Assembly: GCA_017398545.1 (NCBI GenBank)
Contig: JAFQFT010000048.1
Coordinates: 2,418 to 66,417, forward strand
Length of the DNA stretch: 64,000 nt
Source: Bacilli bacterium
GTDB lineage: Bacteria; Bacillota_I; Bacilli_A; ML615J-28; CAG-313
Direction of reading: 5' to 3'
Position numbers and translations under genes: made by a program. Shown piece by piece: positions 26,493-35,531 of the stretch; within the stretch, counting starts at the first letter, position 1; every line of letters starts with the position of its first letter. Under the pieces are notes generated by a model. It searched no databases. It saw nothing but the letters and a program-made list of their open reading frames with translations, and had not been told where the DNA came from.

Positions 26493-28262
26493 ATGTTAAT
26501 AAATGCATTTAATATATCAATTAAATATTTAGATAAAGTACTATTTAAAGATGCTTCATTCGTTATTAATGATACTGATAAAATAGGGCTACTTGGAATT
26601 AATGGTGCAGGAAAGAGCACTCTTATTAAAGCTATACTAGGTGAGGCTGAACTTGATAGTGGTATTATTTCAAGGAAAAAAGATTTAAAAATTGGATATC
26701 TTCCTCAAGAATCTAACTTTAATGAACTTGATACTATATTTGAATCGTTTAATAAATGTGTTAAAGTAGAAGAATTTGTTGCAAAATCAATGCTATCTAA
26801 AATGGGGCTTGGTGATTATAATCGTATAGTATCTACTTTATCAGGTGGTGAGAAGAAACGACTTGGTCTAGCAATTGCTTTATGTGAAGATGTTGATTTA
26901 CTAATATTAGATGAACCAACAAACCATTTAGATATATGGATGATTAATTGGCTAGAAAAATTCTTAATTAAATATAACAGGGGATTACTACTTGTTACCC
27001 ATGATAGATACTTTTTAGAACGCGTTACTTCTAAAACAATGGAAATTGAACATGGTAATATATATTTATATGACGCTAATTATTCTAAGTTCTTAGATTT
27101 AAAAGCAGAACGACTTTTAGAAAAAGAAGCTTATGAAAGAAAATTATCTGCATTATTTAAAAAAGAAGCTGCTTGGGCAGCAATGAATCCTCAAGCAAGA
27201 TCTACTAAAAGTACAGAACGTCTTGCAAGATTTAAAAAACTAGAAGAAGAAACTCGTGCTATTCATGCAGAACTTGTATCAAGTAAAGAACTAGAATTAA
27301 CTAGTTTGAAAACTAGAATGGGAAAAACAACTATTGATATAGAAAATATTTCTAAGAGCATTAAAGGTGAAACTTTATTTAAAAACTTCTCTTATAATGT
27401 TAAAAAATTTGATAGACTTGGAATTGTCGGAGAAAATGGTGCAGGTAAAACTACGCTCTTTAAATCAATTCTGGGGCTAATTCCGGTTGATTTTGGAACG
27501 ATTACAATAGGTAAGACAATTAATATAGGGTACTTTGCCCAAGAAATGCCTGATTTTAATAAAAACATCAAAATGATTGATTATTTAAAATCTTTTGGTG
27601 AATATGTAGAAACTACTAATGGAAAATTATCTGCTTCTCAAATGTTAGAAAATTACCTATTTCCACCTTCTATTCAACAACAACAACTATCAAGACTTTC
27701 TGGTGGAGAAAAAAGAAGATTACAACTATTAACAGTTCTAATGAAAAACCCTAATGTTTTATTCTTAGATGAACCTACAAATGATTTAGATGTATATACT
27801 TTAGAAATATTAGAAAATTATTTAGAATCATTTATGGGGGCTGTGATTGTAGTTAGTCATGATAGATATTTCTTAGATAAAGTAGCTGACCATTTATTGG
27901 TACTTGAAAATAATGAAATAAAAGAGTATAATGGTATTGTAAGTGATTATATATCACAAAACCCTAAAGTTTCTATTGAAAAGGAAAAAACAAAAAAAGA
28001 AGTTTTAAATATCCCTAGATTTACTTCTCAAGAGAAAAAAGAATTTGATAATATAGAAAGTGTTATTGAAGAAATTGAAAATAAAATAAAAGTATTAAAA
28101 GAAGAACAAATAATTTATTCAACAGATTATCAAAAATTAATAGAACTAAATGAACAAATAGAAAAGTTAGAAATACTTCTTTTAGAAAAGTTAGAACGCT
28201 GGGAATATTTAAATAATATAAATGAACAAATAATAGAATACAGAAATAATAAATACAAATAA
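26493..28262 (+). CDS. ABC-F family ATPase (two ABC domains, C-terminal coiled coil)
   Basis: 589 aa. Walker A motifs GINGAGKST and GENGAGKTT, signatures LSGGEKKR and LSGGEKRR, Walker B motifs LLILDEPTNHLD and VLFLDEPTNDLD. There are no TM segments and the tail is K/E-rich. Confidence 0.85.
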   Translation: MLINAFNISIKYLDKVLFKDASFVINDTDKIGLLGINGAGKSTLIKAILGEAELDSGIISRKKDLKIGYLPQESNFNELDTIFESFNKCVKVEEFVAKSMLSKMGLGDYNRIVSTLSGGEKKRLGLAIALCEDVDLLILDEPTNHLDIWMINWLEKFLIKYNRGLLLVTHDRYFLERVTSKTMEIEHGNIYLYDANYSKFLDLKAERLLEKEAYERKLSALFKKEAAWAAMNPQARSTKSTERLARFKKLEEETRAIHAELVSSKELELTSLKTRMGKTTIDIENISKSIKGETLFKNFSYNVKKFDRLGIVGENGAGKTTLFKSILGLIPVDFGTITIGKTINIGYFAQEMPDFNKNIKMIDYLKSFGEYVETTNGKLSASQMLENYLFPPSIQQQQLSRLSGGEKRRLQLLTVLMKNPNVLFLDEPTNDLDVYTLEILENYLESFMGAVIVVSHDRYFLDKVADHLLVLENNEIKEYNGIVSDYISQNPKVSIEKEKTKKEVLNIPRFTSQEKKEFDNIESVIEEIENKIKVLKEEQIIYSTDYQKLIELNEQIEKLEILLLEKLERWEYLNNINEQIIEYRNNKYK

Positions 28263-28274
28263 AGGAAAGATATT

Positions 28275-29558
28275 ATGGAAAAATATGTAAATGAATTACT
28301 GAACTTTATTGAAAGTTCTCCATCTGTTTATCACAATATTCATCTAATAAAAGCTATTTTAAAGAATTTTAAATTTATTGAATTAAGTGAAGATAAAAAA
28401 TGGGATTTAATTCCTAATCAGTCTTATTATGTTGTACGTGGTGGTGCATCTATTATTACTTTTAAAGTTCCAGAGGTACAAAATGGTTTTCATATTGTTG
28501 CAAGTCACAATGATTCACCTAGTTTTAAAATTAAACCAAATGGTGAAATAAGCTCTGGAAGTTTTAAAAAGTTAAACACCGAACCTTATGGTGGAATGTT
28601 AATTAACACATGGTTTGATAGACCACTTGGTATTGCGGGGAGAGTATTTGTAAAAACTCTTGATGGAGTAGACATGCGCCTTGTAAATTTATCAGGACAT
28701 AATATTGTAATACCTAGTCTTGCCGCTCATTTAAAAGGTGGAAATTTAGACTTAAATTTTCAAAATGATTTACTACCTGTTGTAGGGCTTACTGATGAAT
28801 ATAATACATTTATGAATCAATTAAAAAAATGTTCAGTGTTTTCTGATGATGAAGAAATCTTATCACATGATTTATTCTTATATAATAAGGAAAAAGGATG
28901 TGTAGCTGGACTTAATAATGAACTTATTATATCTCCGAAACTTGATGATTTAGAATGTGTATTTTCATCTCTTGAAGCTTTTTTAGAAGCAAAACCAAAG
29001 TCAAACATTTCTGTTTGTGCAATATTTGACAATGAAGAAGTTGGAAGTGGATCAAATCACGGTGCTGCATCTACTTTCTTAACTGATGTTTTAGAACGAA
29101 TTTGTAATAGTCTTAACATAGATAAATATGTTGCTTATGCAAATTCAATGTTAGTATCTGCTGATAACGCACATGCAGTTCATCCAGCACATCCTGAAAA
29201 AAGTGATCCAACAAATAATGTTCATATGAATAAAGGTGTAGTAATAAAATATCATTCTGCATTTAGTTATACAACAGAAGGAGTATCTGCAAGTATCTTT
29301 AAAGCAATCTGTGATAAAGCAGGAGTTAAATATCAAGACTATACTAATAGAAGTGATTTAAGAGGAGGATCTACACTAGGAAGAATCCAATTAGAAAAGT
29401 TGTCTATTAAAGCACTAGATGTTGGCCTTGCACAACTTGCAATGCATTCATCAAATGAAATAGCAGGTGCAAAAGATATTAAAGAAATGGTTCTTGCGTT
29501 GAAAGAATTCTATCAATCTAATATTGAAATAAATAATACAACATTTATAATTAAATAA
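28275..29558 (+). CDS. M18 family aminopeptidase
   Basis: 427 aa. Motifs VASHNDSPSFKIKP, FDNEEVGS, AHAVHPAHPEK and LAMHSSNE are typical of the aspartyl-aminopeptidase (M18) family. Confidence 0.8.
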   Translation: MEKYVNELLNFIESSPSVYHNIHLIKAILKNFKFIELSEDKKWDLIPNQSYYVVRGGASIITFKVPEVQNGFHIVASHNDSPSFKIKPNGEISSGSFKKLNTEPYGGMLINTWFDRPLGIAGRVFVKTLDGVDMRLVNLSGHNIVIPSLAAHLKGGNLDLNFQNDLLPVVGLTDEYNTFMNQLKKCSVFSDDEEILSHDLFLYNKEKGCVAGLNNELIISPKLDDLECVFSSLEAFLEAKPKSNISVCAIFDNEEVGSGSNHGAASTFLTDVLERICNSLNIDKYVAYANSMLVSADNAHAVHPAHPEKSDPTNNVHMNKGVVIKYHSAFSYTTEGVSASIFKAICDKAGVKYQDYTNRSDLRGGSTLGRIQLEKLSIKALDVGLAQLAMHSSNEIAGAKDIKEMVLALKEFYQSNIEINNTTFIIK

Positions 29559-29582
29559 AAAGAAATGAGAAAGGATAAAAAA

Positions 29583-31862
29583 ATGAAAAACTTAAAATTT
29601 TTAGGTATTTTAATGTTGATTCTAATACTATCTTTAACTGCATGTAAAAAGAAACATGAACATGCATATGTTGGAGGTAAGTGCGAATGTGGAGAAGTTG
29701 ATCCTAACTATGTTCCACCTCATGTTCATGAATACGAGTCTGAAGTTATTAATCCAACATGTACAGAAGATGGGTATACAGAACATACATGTACTTGTGG
29801 CGAATCATATAAAGACTCAGAAGTAGAAGCTTTAGGTCATTCATATGGTGAATGGAATGTAATAAAAGAAGCAACAGAAGAAGAAACTGGTCAAAAAGAA
29901 AGAGTTTGTTCTTGTGGTGAAAAAGAAATAGAAATTTTGCCAAAATTAGAACATGTTCATAACTTTGTAGAAGGTAAATGTGAATGTGGAGAAGTTGATC
30001 CTAACTATGTTGCACCTGTTGAAGGTACACCACTTGAAGAAATCGATGCTTGGATTAAAGCTAGCTATACAGATAACCTATTAATTGATAAAGGCGTTGA
30101 TGTACTTCCTACAACTTATTTAGATAAAGATGTAACAATTACTTGGGTATCATCTCATCCAAATCGTGTTGATAATACAGGTAAAATTGTAGTACGTGAT
30201 ACTAAGAAAATTACTGAAGTAACACTAACATATACAATTACTAATGAAGCTTTAGAATCAATGACGGGTAGTTTAGTCTTTAAACTATATCCTCGTTCAT
30301 TTGATTATATGAAGAGTCAATTTGAAGGTCAATTTCCTGATCGTTTACAAGAAGATATGTCTGATTATTTAGAAACTGAATTTAATAAATATTTTACAAT
30401 TACTTGGTCATCATCTGATGAAAGTGTATTTACAAATGAAGGTTATTATATTAAACCATTAGCAGACACTCCTGTTACAATATCATATAGAATTGAAGTA
30501 GATGAAAACCATTATGTAGAAGATTTTTTTGAAATGATTGTTTTAGGTGCAAGTGACGAAGAAAAACTTGATATTGTTTCAAGTTGGCTACAAACTGAAA
30601 TTATTCCTGATTTAAATATCACTTCTGATTTAACTTTACCTACATCTCATCCAGAGCAAGGAACAGAAATTGTATGGACAACTAGCAATGAAAGAGTTGT
30701 AAGCCTTGATGGTAAAGTAACGCAATACGTATTTGACCGTTATATTGATTTAAAAGCATTTGTTTATTCTGGTGATATGATTAAAGATGTAACATTCTGG
30801 TTAAAAGTAAAAGCACTTGATACTTCAAAAATGAGTGAAGAACAAGTTTTAGAAAACTTTTTAAGTGCAATTGCGGAAGAAGAACTAAAACGTGTAACAT
30901 TCGATGAATATAATAATATTTCTCAAACATTCAATTCTCTATTCTTCTTTGATAATAAATGGGAAGACAGAATTGAATACTTAATTCCGCTAGGAGCTGC
31001 AAACCGTACTGGTAAAAAACTTGCAAGTGTTGAATTTATTGTATGTCATGATACTGCAAATAATAATGCAGGGGCACTTGGTCATGCAGGATATGTAACG
31101 GGTTCAGCAGCTGGTTCTACAAGTTGGCACTACAGTTGTGGTAGTGATGGTATTTACCATCATATTCCAAATGATGAAGTAGCACATCATGCAGGTGATG
31201 GAACTTCAAAAGGATACAAACTACTAGATTCAGGTATTAAAGCAACAGTAGAACGTCCAAACCTTACACTTGATTCTGAAGGTTATTTCTGCTTTAACGG
31301 TGTAAGAAGTAACTTAAAGAAACCTAGTGATGCTCCTGCAAATGCAAACATTACACAAAGTGGATTATATTATGAAATTGGTTCTAATGGAAATTACTGG
31401 TTAAATGATAACTGGTGGAGTTCAAGTTTTAAATACATTGGTAACCGTGGTGGTAACCTAAACTCAATTGGTATTGAAAGTATGGTTGATGCAGGAAGTG
31501 ATTATATGAAAACATATCGTATTTTTGCAGACTTAGTTGCTCACTTACTTATTGAAAATAACTTAGATGTTCTTCGTGTAATGCAACATAATAATATTTC
31601 TGGTAAAGATTGTCCTGCTGCAATCAGGGATCAAGGTTACTGGCAACACTTTAGAGATTTAATTTCATTAGAAAAATTCGGTATGGAAAACTTTGAAGGA
31701 TTAACATTCGAATGGAAGAGTGGAAGTGATATTCTTTCTGATGATGGTTATATCGCAAAAAAATTAAATGGTGCAACTGAAGTTAAATATTCAGTAGTAG
31801 TTAAACGTAATGACAATGTAATTATCTCAAAGGAATACACTACTAAACTTATTGATAGTTAA
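29583..31862 (+). CDS. lipoprotein with Cys-rich modules, three Ig-like repeats and an N-acetylmuramoyl-L-alanine amidase (Amidase_2/PGRP) domain
   Basis: Start moved to ATG 29583 (AAGGA RBS), giving MKNLKFLGILMLILILSLTAC with a lipobox. Has duplicated H-x-H...GKCECGEVDPNYV modules and repeats of the LP..Y.....V.I.W.SS type. The amidase core reads FIVCHDTANNNAGA...WHYSCG...AHHAGDG...IGIE...SGKDCPAAIR. Confidence 0.75.
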   Translation: MKNLKFLGILMLILILSLTACKKKHEHAYVGGKCECGEVDPNYVPPHVHEYESEVINPTCTEDGYTEHTCTCGESYKDSEVEALGHSYGEWNVIKEATEEETGQKERVCSCGEKEIEILPKLEHVHNFVEGKCECGEVDPNYVAPVEGTPLEEIDAWIKASYTDNLLIDKGVDVLPTTYLDKDVTITWVSSHPNRVDNTGKIVVRDTKKITEVTLTYTITNEALESMTGSLVFKLYPRSFDYMKSQFEGQFPDRLQEDMSDYLETEFNKYFTITWSSSDESVFTNEGYYIKPLADTPVTISYRIEVDENHYVEDFFEMIVLGASDEEKLDIVSSWLQTEIIPDLNITSDLTLPTSHPEQGTEIVWTTSNERVVSLDGKVTQYVFDRYIDLKAFVYSGDMIKDVTFWLKVKALDTSKMSEEQVLENFLSAIAEEELKRVTFDEYNNISQTFNSLFFFDNKWEDRIEYLIPLGAANRTGKKLASVEFIVCHDTANNNAGALGHAGYVTGSAAGSTSWHYSCGSDGIYHHIPNDEVAHHAGDGTSKGYKLLDSGIKATVERPNLTLDSEGYFCFNGVRSNLKKPSDAPANANITQSGLYYEIGSNGNYWLNDNWWSSSFKYIGNRGGNLNSIGIESMVDAGSDYMKTYRIFADLVAHLLIENNLDVLRVMQHNNISGKDCPAAIRDQGYWQHFRDLISLEKFGMENFEGLTFEWKSGSDILSDDGYIAKKLNGATEVKYSVVVKRNDNVIISKEYTTKLIDS
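29676..30011 (+). repeat. two 39-bp near-identical copies (29676-29714 and 29973-30011) 297 bp apart
   Basis: ggtaaGtgCgaatgtggagaagttgatcctaactatgtt against ggtaaAtgTgaatgtggagaagttgatcctaactatgtt. There are 2 differences, both synonymous. Each encodes GKCECGEVDPNYV. Confidence 0.9.
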
Positions 31863-31866
31863 GAAC

Positions 31867-31898
31867 AAAATCCCAGCTATGTTTTAGGCTGGGATTTT
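31867..31898 (+). terminator. rho-independent terminator of the amidase lipoprotein gene
   Basis: Stem AAAATCCCAGC / GCTGGGATTTT with a 10-nt loop. Confidence 0.7.
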
Positions 31899-31968
31899 AC
31901 ATTTAAAATAAATAAGTTAAAATATGTTTTTTCATTAAAAAAATAGTATAATGTATATTGGTGATAAA

Positions 31969-32430
31969 ATGGAAAAGACAATGGTAATGAAGATATTAGA
32001 ACAAAAGAAGATTAAATATAATGCTCATTATTATGATCCTGTTAAACTCGATGCAGTATATGTTGCGGAAGTGTTAAATCAAGATAAAGATAGAGTGTTT
32101 AAAACACTTGTAACTATTGGTTCTAAATATTATGTATTTATGATTCCATCATATAAAGAACTTGATTTAAAGAAAGCTGCTAGCATGCTTGGTGAAAAGA
32201 AAATTGAAATGATTAAACAAAAAGATTTAGAACCTCTTACTGGATATATTCATGGTGGATGTAGTCCAATAGGTATGAAAAAAAGTTTTCCAACTTTTAT
32301 TGATAAAAGTGTGGAATGTTTTGATACAATTTTCTTTAGTGCAGGTCGAGTTGGAACACAAGTTGAAGTATCACCAATTGATCTTAAAAAAGTTATTAAT
32401 TATCGAATTTTAGATTTATGTAAGGAGTAA
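31969..32430 (+). CDS. ybaK: Cys-tRNA(Pro)/Cys-tRNA(Cys) deacylase YbaK family
   Basis: Start moved to ATG 31969, because the TATAAT at 31947-31952 overlaps the upstream ATG. MEKTMVMKILEQKKIKY...GYIHGGCSPIGMKKSFPTFID matches the YbaK/EbsC pattern. Confidence 0.8.
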   Translation: MEKTMVMKILEQKKIKYNAHYYDPVKLDAVYVAEVLNQDKDRVFKTLVTIGSKYYVFMIPSYKELDLKKAASMLGEKKIEMIKQKDLEPLTGYIHGGCSPIGMKKSFPTFIDKSVECFDTIFFSAGRVGTQVEVSPIDLKKVINYRILDLCKE

Positions 32431-32436
32431 ATAAAA

Positions 32437-32730
32437 ATGATTAAACATGTAGTTTGTTTTAAAATTAAAGAAGAATATAAAAATAGAATAGAAGAAGCTA
32501 AAGCTACTTTACTTTCAATGAAAGGGAAAGTTCCTACTGCACTTGATATTAAAGTAGGTATTGATTTACTTCATAGTGAAAGAAGTTATGATATTATATT
32601 AGAAGTATTAGTTGAATCTATGGAACATCTAGATATATATCAAAAAGATTTATATCATTGTACTGTAGTTAAACCATTGATGCATGAAATTAGATGTGCA
32701 AGTGTTGCGGTTGATTTTGAGGTAGAATAA
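32437..32730 (+). CDS. Dabb (stress-responsive alpha/beta barrel) family protein
   Basis: 97 aa with N-terminus MIKHVVCFKIKEE, the typical size and N-terminal strand for the family. Confidence 0.7.
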   Translation: MIKHVVCFKIKEEYKNRIEEAKATLLSMKGKVPTALDIKVGIDLLHSERSYDIILEVLVESMEHLDIYQKDLYHCTVVKPLMHEIRCASVAVDFEVE

Positions 32731-33254
32731 TGAAATACCTTATTATTACAGATATACATGGAAGTCCCGTTAATTTAAAGAAGGTATTAGAAAAAGAATC
32801 TTTTGATAAATTATTATTGCTTGGTGATATACTTCCTCATGGACCAAGAAACGAGTTACCAATTGGATATAATCCAAAAGAACTATTGAGTATTTTAAAT
32901 CCATTAAGAAATGAAATTATTTGTGTAAGAGGAAACTGTGATGCCGAAGTTGATGATATGGTATTAGAGTTTCCAATAATGAGTATTGCTTGTATTGAGT
33001 ATAATGGTAAAAATATTTATTTAACACATGGACATAAGTTTAATACTAAGAGTTTATTAAATGTAGAAAATAGTGTTATTTTATATGGACATACTCATAT
33101 AACTTCTATTGAAAAAGTAGATTCTAATATATATGTTAATATTGGATCTATTACTTTACCTAAAGATGGTGTTGCGTGCTATGCAACATTAGAGAATAAT
33201 GTGTTAGAAATAAAAAATATTGAAGGAGTTACTTTTAGAAACGTTAATCTTTAA
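32730..33254 (+). CDS. YfcE/MJ0936-family metallophosphoesterase
   Basis: 174 aa. Motifs ITDIHGS, LGDIL, GNCD, THGH and GHTH. The ATG overlaps the upstream stop (TAATG). Confidence 0.75.
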   Translation: MKYLIITDIHGSPVNLKKVLEKESFDKLLLLGDILPHGPRNELPIGYNPKELLSILNPLRNEIICVRGNCDAEVDDMVLEFPIMSIACIEYNGKNIYLTHGHKFNTKSLLNVENSVILYGHTHITSIEKVDSNIYVNIGSITLPKDGVACYATLENNVLEIKNIEGVTFRNVNL

Positions 33255-33266
33255 GAGGTGATTAAT

Positions 33267-33986
33267 ATGTCGTTACTTTTATATGAAAAACATTTTACAT
33301 TAACAAATGGAATGTTTGATGAATACTATGGAATTAAACCTTATGCACTACTTGACATTTTTCAACGAATAGCGGGTGATCATGCTGATATACTTGGGTG
33401 TGGAACAGTGTTTTGTAATAAAAACAATTATGCTTGGATAATTGTACGTCAAGAAGTTTATATTTATAATAATCCAACACCTATGGAAACGGTAGTTGTT
33501 AAAACATTTCCACATACTCCAAGTAGAGTAGAATGTAAAAGAGAATATGAAATATCTTCAATAAATGGTACTTTATATGCAAAAGGTTGTGCTTCATGGG
33601 TATTAGTAGATTTAAGTACTTTTAAGATGTTGAAGTCTGACAATATATATCCTTTAGGTGAGTTTATAGAGTCTACTTTATTTAAAGATAAATTAATTAA
33701 ACCTATGAATGTAGTAAGCGATGAAAATTATTTGTGTGATTATACAGTTGTAAAATCAGATATTGATATATATCACCATATGAATAACGCAAAATATGCA
33801 GAATTATTATTTGATTATTGTGATTATAAAGCTGTTGAAATAGGACATTTTGCGATTAACTATATTAATCAAATTAAACAAAATATGGTCATGAAAATCT
33901 ATAAATATGAAGAAGACTTAAAAACATATATTACGGGTACATGCGACGGTGTAATAATTTTTACATCAGTTGTTGATAAAAAATAA
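33267..33986 (+). CDS. acyl-ACP thioesterase family protein
   Basis: Start moved to ATG 33267 (AAGAGG RBS 8 nt upstream). Double hot-dog layout, with IVRQEVY and DIDIYHHMNNAKY motifs. Confidence 0.65.
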   Translation: MSLLLYEKHFTLTNGMFDEYYGIKPYALLDIFQRIAGDHADILGCGTVFCNKNNYAWIIVRQEVYIYNNPTPMETVVVKTFPHTPSRVECKREYEISSINGTLYAKGCASWVLVDLSTFKMLKSDNIYPLGEFIESTLFKDKLIKPMNVVSDENYLCDYTVVKSDIDIYHHMNNAKYAELLFDYCDYKAVEIGHFAINYINQIKQNMVMKIYKYEEDLKTYITGTCDGVIIFTSVVDKK

Positions 33987-34012
33987 ATATTATATATAAG
34001 GAAGAAATAAGT

Positions 34013-34696
34013 ATGGAATTACAAAATTTAAATAATTTATTTTCAATTTTTGGTTCATTTCTAGTTTTTGATGATGATGTTATGCCAAGAATAAATAGTA
34101 TATATAGTGATTGTAATATTTCAATCAATCAAGAACCAAATAATCCACAAAATAAATCTGGAAAAGTCATGAAGGTAGTTAATCCTAAAGAACATTATTC
34201 TATTATTCTAAGACCTAATAGAATTGATATTCAATTACCTGGTGTAAAAGAAGAACAAATGATTGAATTATTAAAACGTGTTCAAGCTGTTTTTAAACAA
34301 TTGTCTGATATTTTAGAAAATCCAGTTGGCAATAGACTTGCATATGTTACCAGTTACTTTACTTTTGATGATGATTCAGATAAGATGAATTATCTTGCCA
34401 ATAAAGTGGGATTTATGCCACGTAATACAAAAACTACAGAACTAGCTTTTAGAATAAATACCCCTGAAGTAGTACAAGGTGAAGATGTAAATGTTGTTAC
34501 AAATATTAATAACGTTTTAATTGGAAACAATGCTCAACCAGAAATTGGTAAAAGAAGGTCTCTAATGGTTACTTATGATATTAATACACTTCATAATAAC
34601 TTAGATAACCGTTTTGATTTTAACCTAGTATTACCTTATTTTGATGAAATGGTTAATATTGCGGTTGATCATATTAATAATTTTAAAAATATTTAA
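34013..34696 (+). CDS. hypothetical protein
   Basis: 227-aa ORF in an operon-like array. It has no TM segment and no motif I recognise. Confidence 0.5.
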   Translation: MELQNLNNLFSIFGSFLVFDDDVMPRINSIYSDCNISINQEPNNPQNKSGKVMKVVNPKEHYSIILRPNRIDIQLPGVKEEQMIELLKRVQAVFKQLSDILENPVGNRLAYVTSYFTFDDDSDKMNYLANKVGFMPRNTKTTELAFRINTPEVVQGEDVNVVTNINNVLIGNNAQPEIGKRRSLMVTYDINTLHNNLDNRFDFNLVLPYFDEMVNIAVDHINNFKNI

Positions 34697-34715
34697 GCTT
34701 AGGATGTAATTTAAT

Positions 34716-35168
34716 ATGTACGCAGAAAAAGCTTTAGAATTATTTGAACAAGGGCTTAATTGTTCACAATCAGTAGTAGTAGCGTTTAAAGATTTAATTA
34801 ATATTGATGAAAAAGAGTTGTTAAAATTATCCCTACCTCTTGGTGGTGGTCTTGCAAGACTACGCCTTACTTGTGGTGCTGCAAGTGGACTTGCTATTGT
34901 AATGGGGTTATTACTTGATAGTAGTGATAAATCATATGTTTATGAAACTACAAGATGTTTACTTGAAAAAGTAGAAAAAGTAAATGGTTCTTTAATTTGT
35001 AAAGAACTTCTTGAAAGTAAAAATATTATTGCTCAAATTGGTGGAAAACCAGAAGAAAGAACTAAAGAATATTATGATAATAGGCCTTGTAGTATAATTG
35101 TTTATAATACTGCAAAAATATTAGAAGATTATTTAATTGAACAAAAAATAATAAAGCATTCTTCTTGA
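34716..35168 (+). CDS. C_GCAxxG_C_C family protein
   Basis: 150 aa: LNCSQSVVVAF...RLTCGAASGLAIVMG...ICKELL...RPCSIIV. The family-defining Cys pattern is present. Ends in TGA. Confidence 0.75.
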   Translation: MYAEKALELFEQGLNCSQSVVVAFKDLINIDEKELLKLSLPLGGGLARLRLTCGAASGLAIVMGLLLDSSDKSYVYETTRCLLEKVEKVNGSLICKELLESKNIIAQIGGKPEERTKEYYDNRPCSIIVYNTAKILEDYLIEQKIIKHSS

Positions 35169-35193
35169 AAAATAGCTAAATAAGTAATATAAT
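35165..35193 (+). promoter_or_regulatory. sigma-A-type promoter of feoA
   Basis: TTGAAA (35165-35170), 17-nt spacer, TATAAT (35188-35193). Confidence 0.6.
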
Positions 35194-35195
35194 AT

Positions 35196-35219
35196 CTTTG
35201 TTAGCATTTGCTAACAAAG
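35196..35219. promoter_or_regulatory. DtxR/IdeR-like palindromic operator 1 (feoA)
   Basis: CTTTGTTAGCA-TT-TGCTAACAAAG, a perfect 11-2-11 inverted repeat. It starts 3 nt after the -10 element and covers the expected transcription start. Confidence 0.55.
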
Positions 35220-35234
35220 AAAAGAGGTGTAAGT

Positions 35235-35447
35235 ATGAATTTACTAAATGCTACTCCTGGAGTAGAATACATTATCAAAAGTATCGAAACAGATGATGAA
35301 GAATTAGATTCATTCTTATTTACTTTAGGATGTTATAGTGGTGAACCTATTACAGTAATACAGCACATAAAAGGTGGTTGTGTTGTTGTAATAAAAGATG
35401 CAAGATATAATATTGATAAAGAACTTGCACAAGCTATTATTATTTAA
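35235..35447 (+). CDS. feoA: ferrous iron transport protein A
   Basis: Start moved to ATG 35235 (AAGAGGTG RBS). 70 aa: MNLLNATPGVEYIIKSIETDD...VVVIKDARYNIDKELAQAI, an SH3-like FeoA pattern. Confidence 0.8.
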   Translation: MNLLNATPGVEYIIKSIETDDEELDSFLFTLGCYSGEPITVIQHIKGGCVVVIKDARYNIDKELAQAIII

Positions 35448-35492
35448 AAAATTAAGTAAAGCCTAATATCAGGTTTTCTTTTTTGGAACGTA

Positions 35493-35510
35493 TGTTAGCA
35501 GCTGCTAACA
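35493..35510. promoter_or_regulatory. DtxR/IdeR-like palindromic operator 2 (feoB)
   Basis: TGTTAGCAG-CTGCTAACA, a perfect 18-bp palindrome. As at operator 1, it is followed by AAAGAAAGAGAGG (RBS). Confidence 0.5.
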
Positions 35511-35531
35511 AAGAAAGAGAGGAATTTTTAT

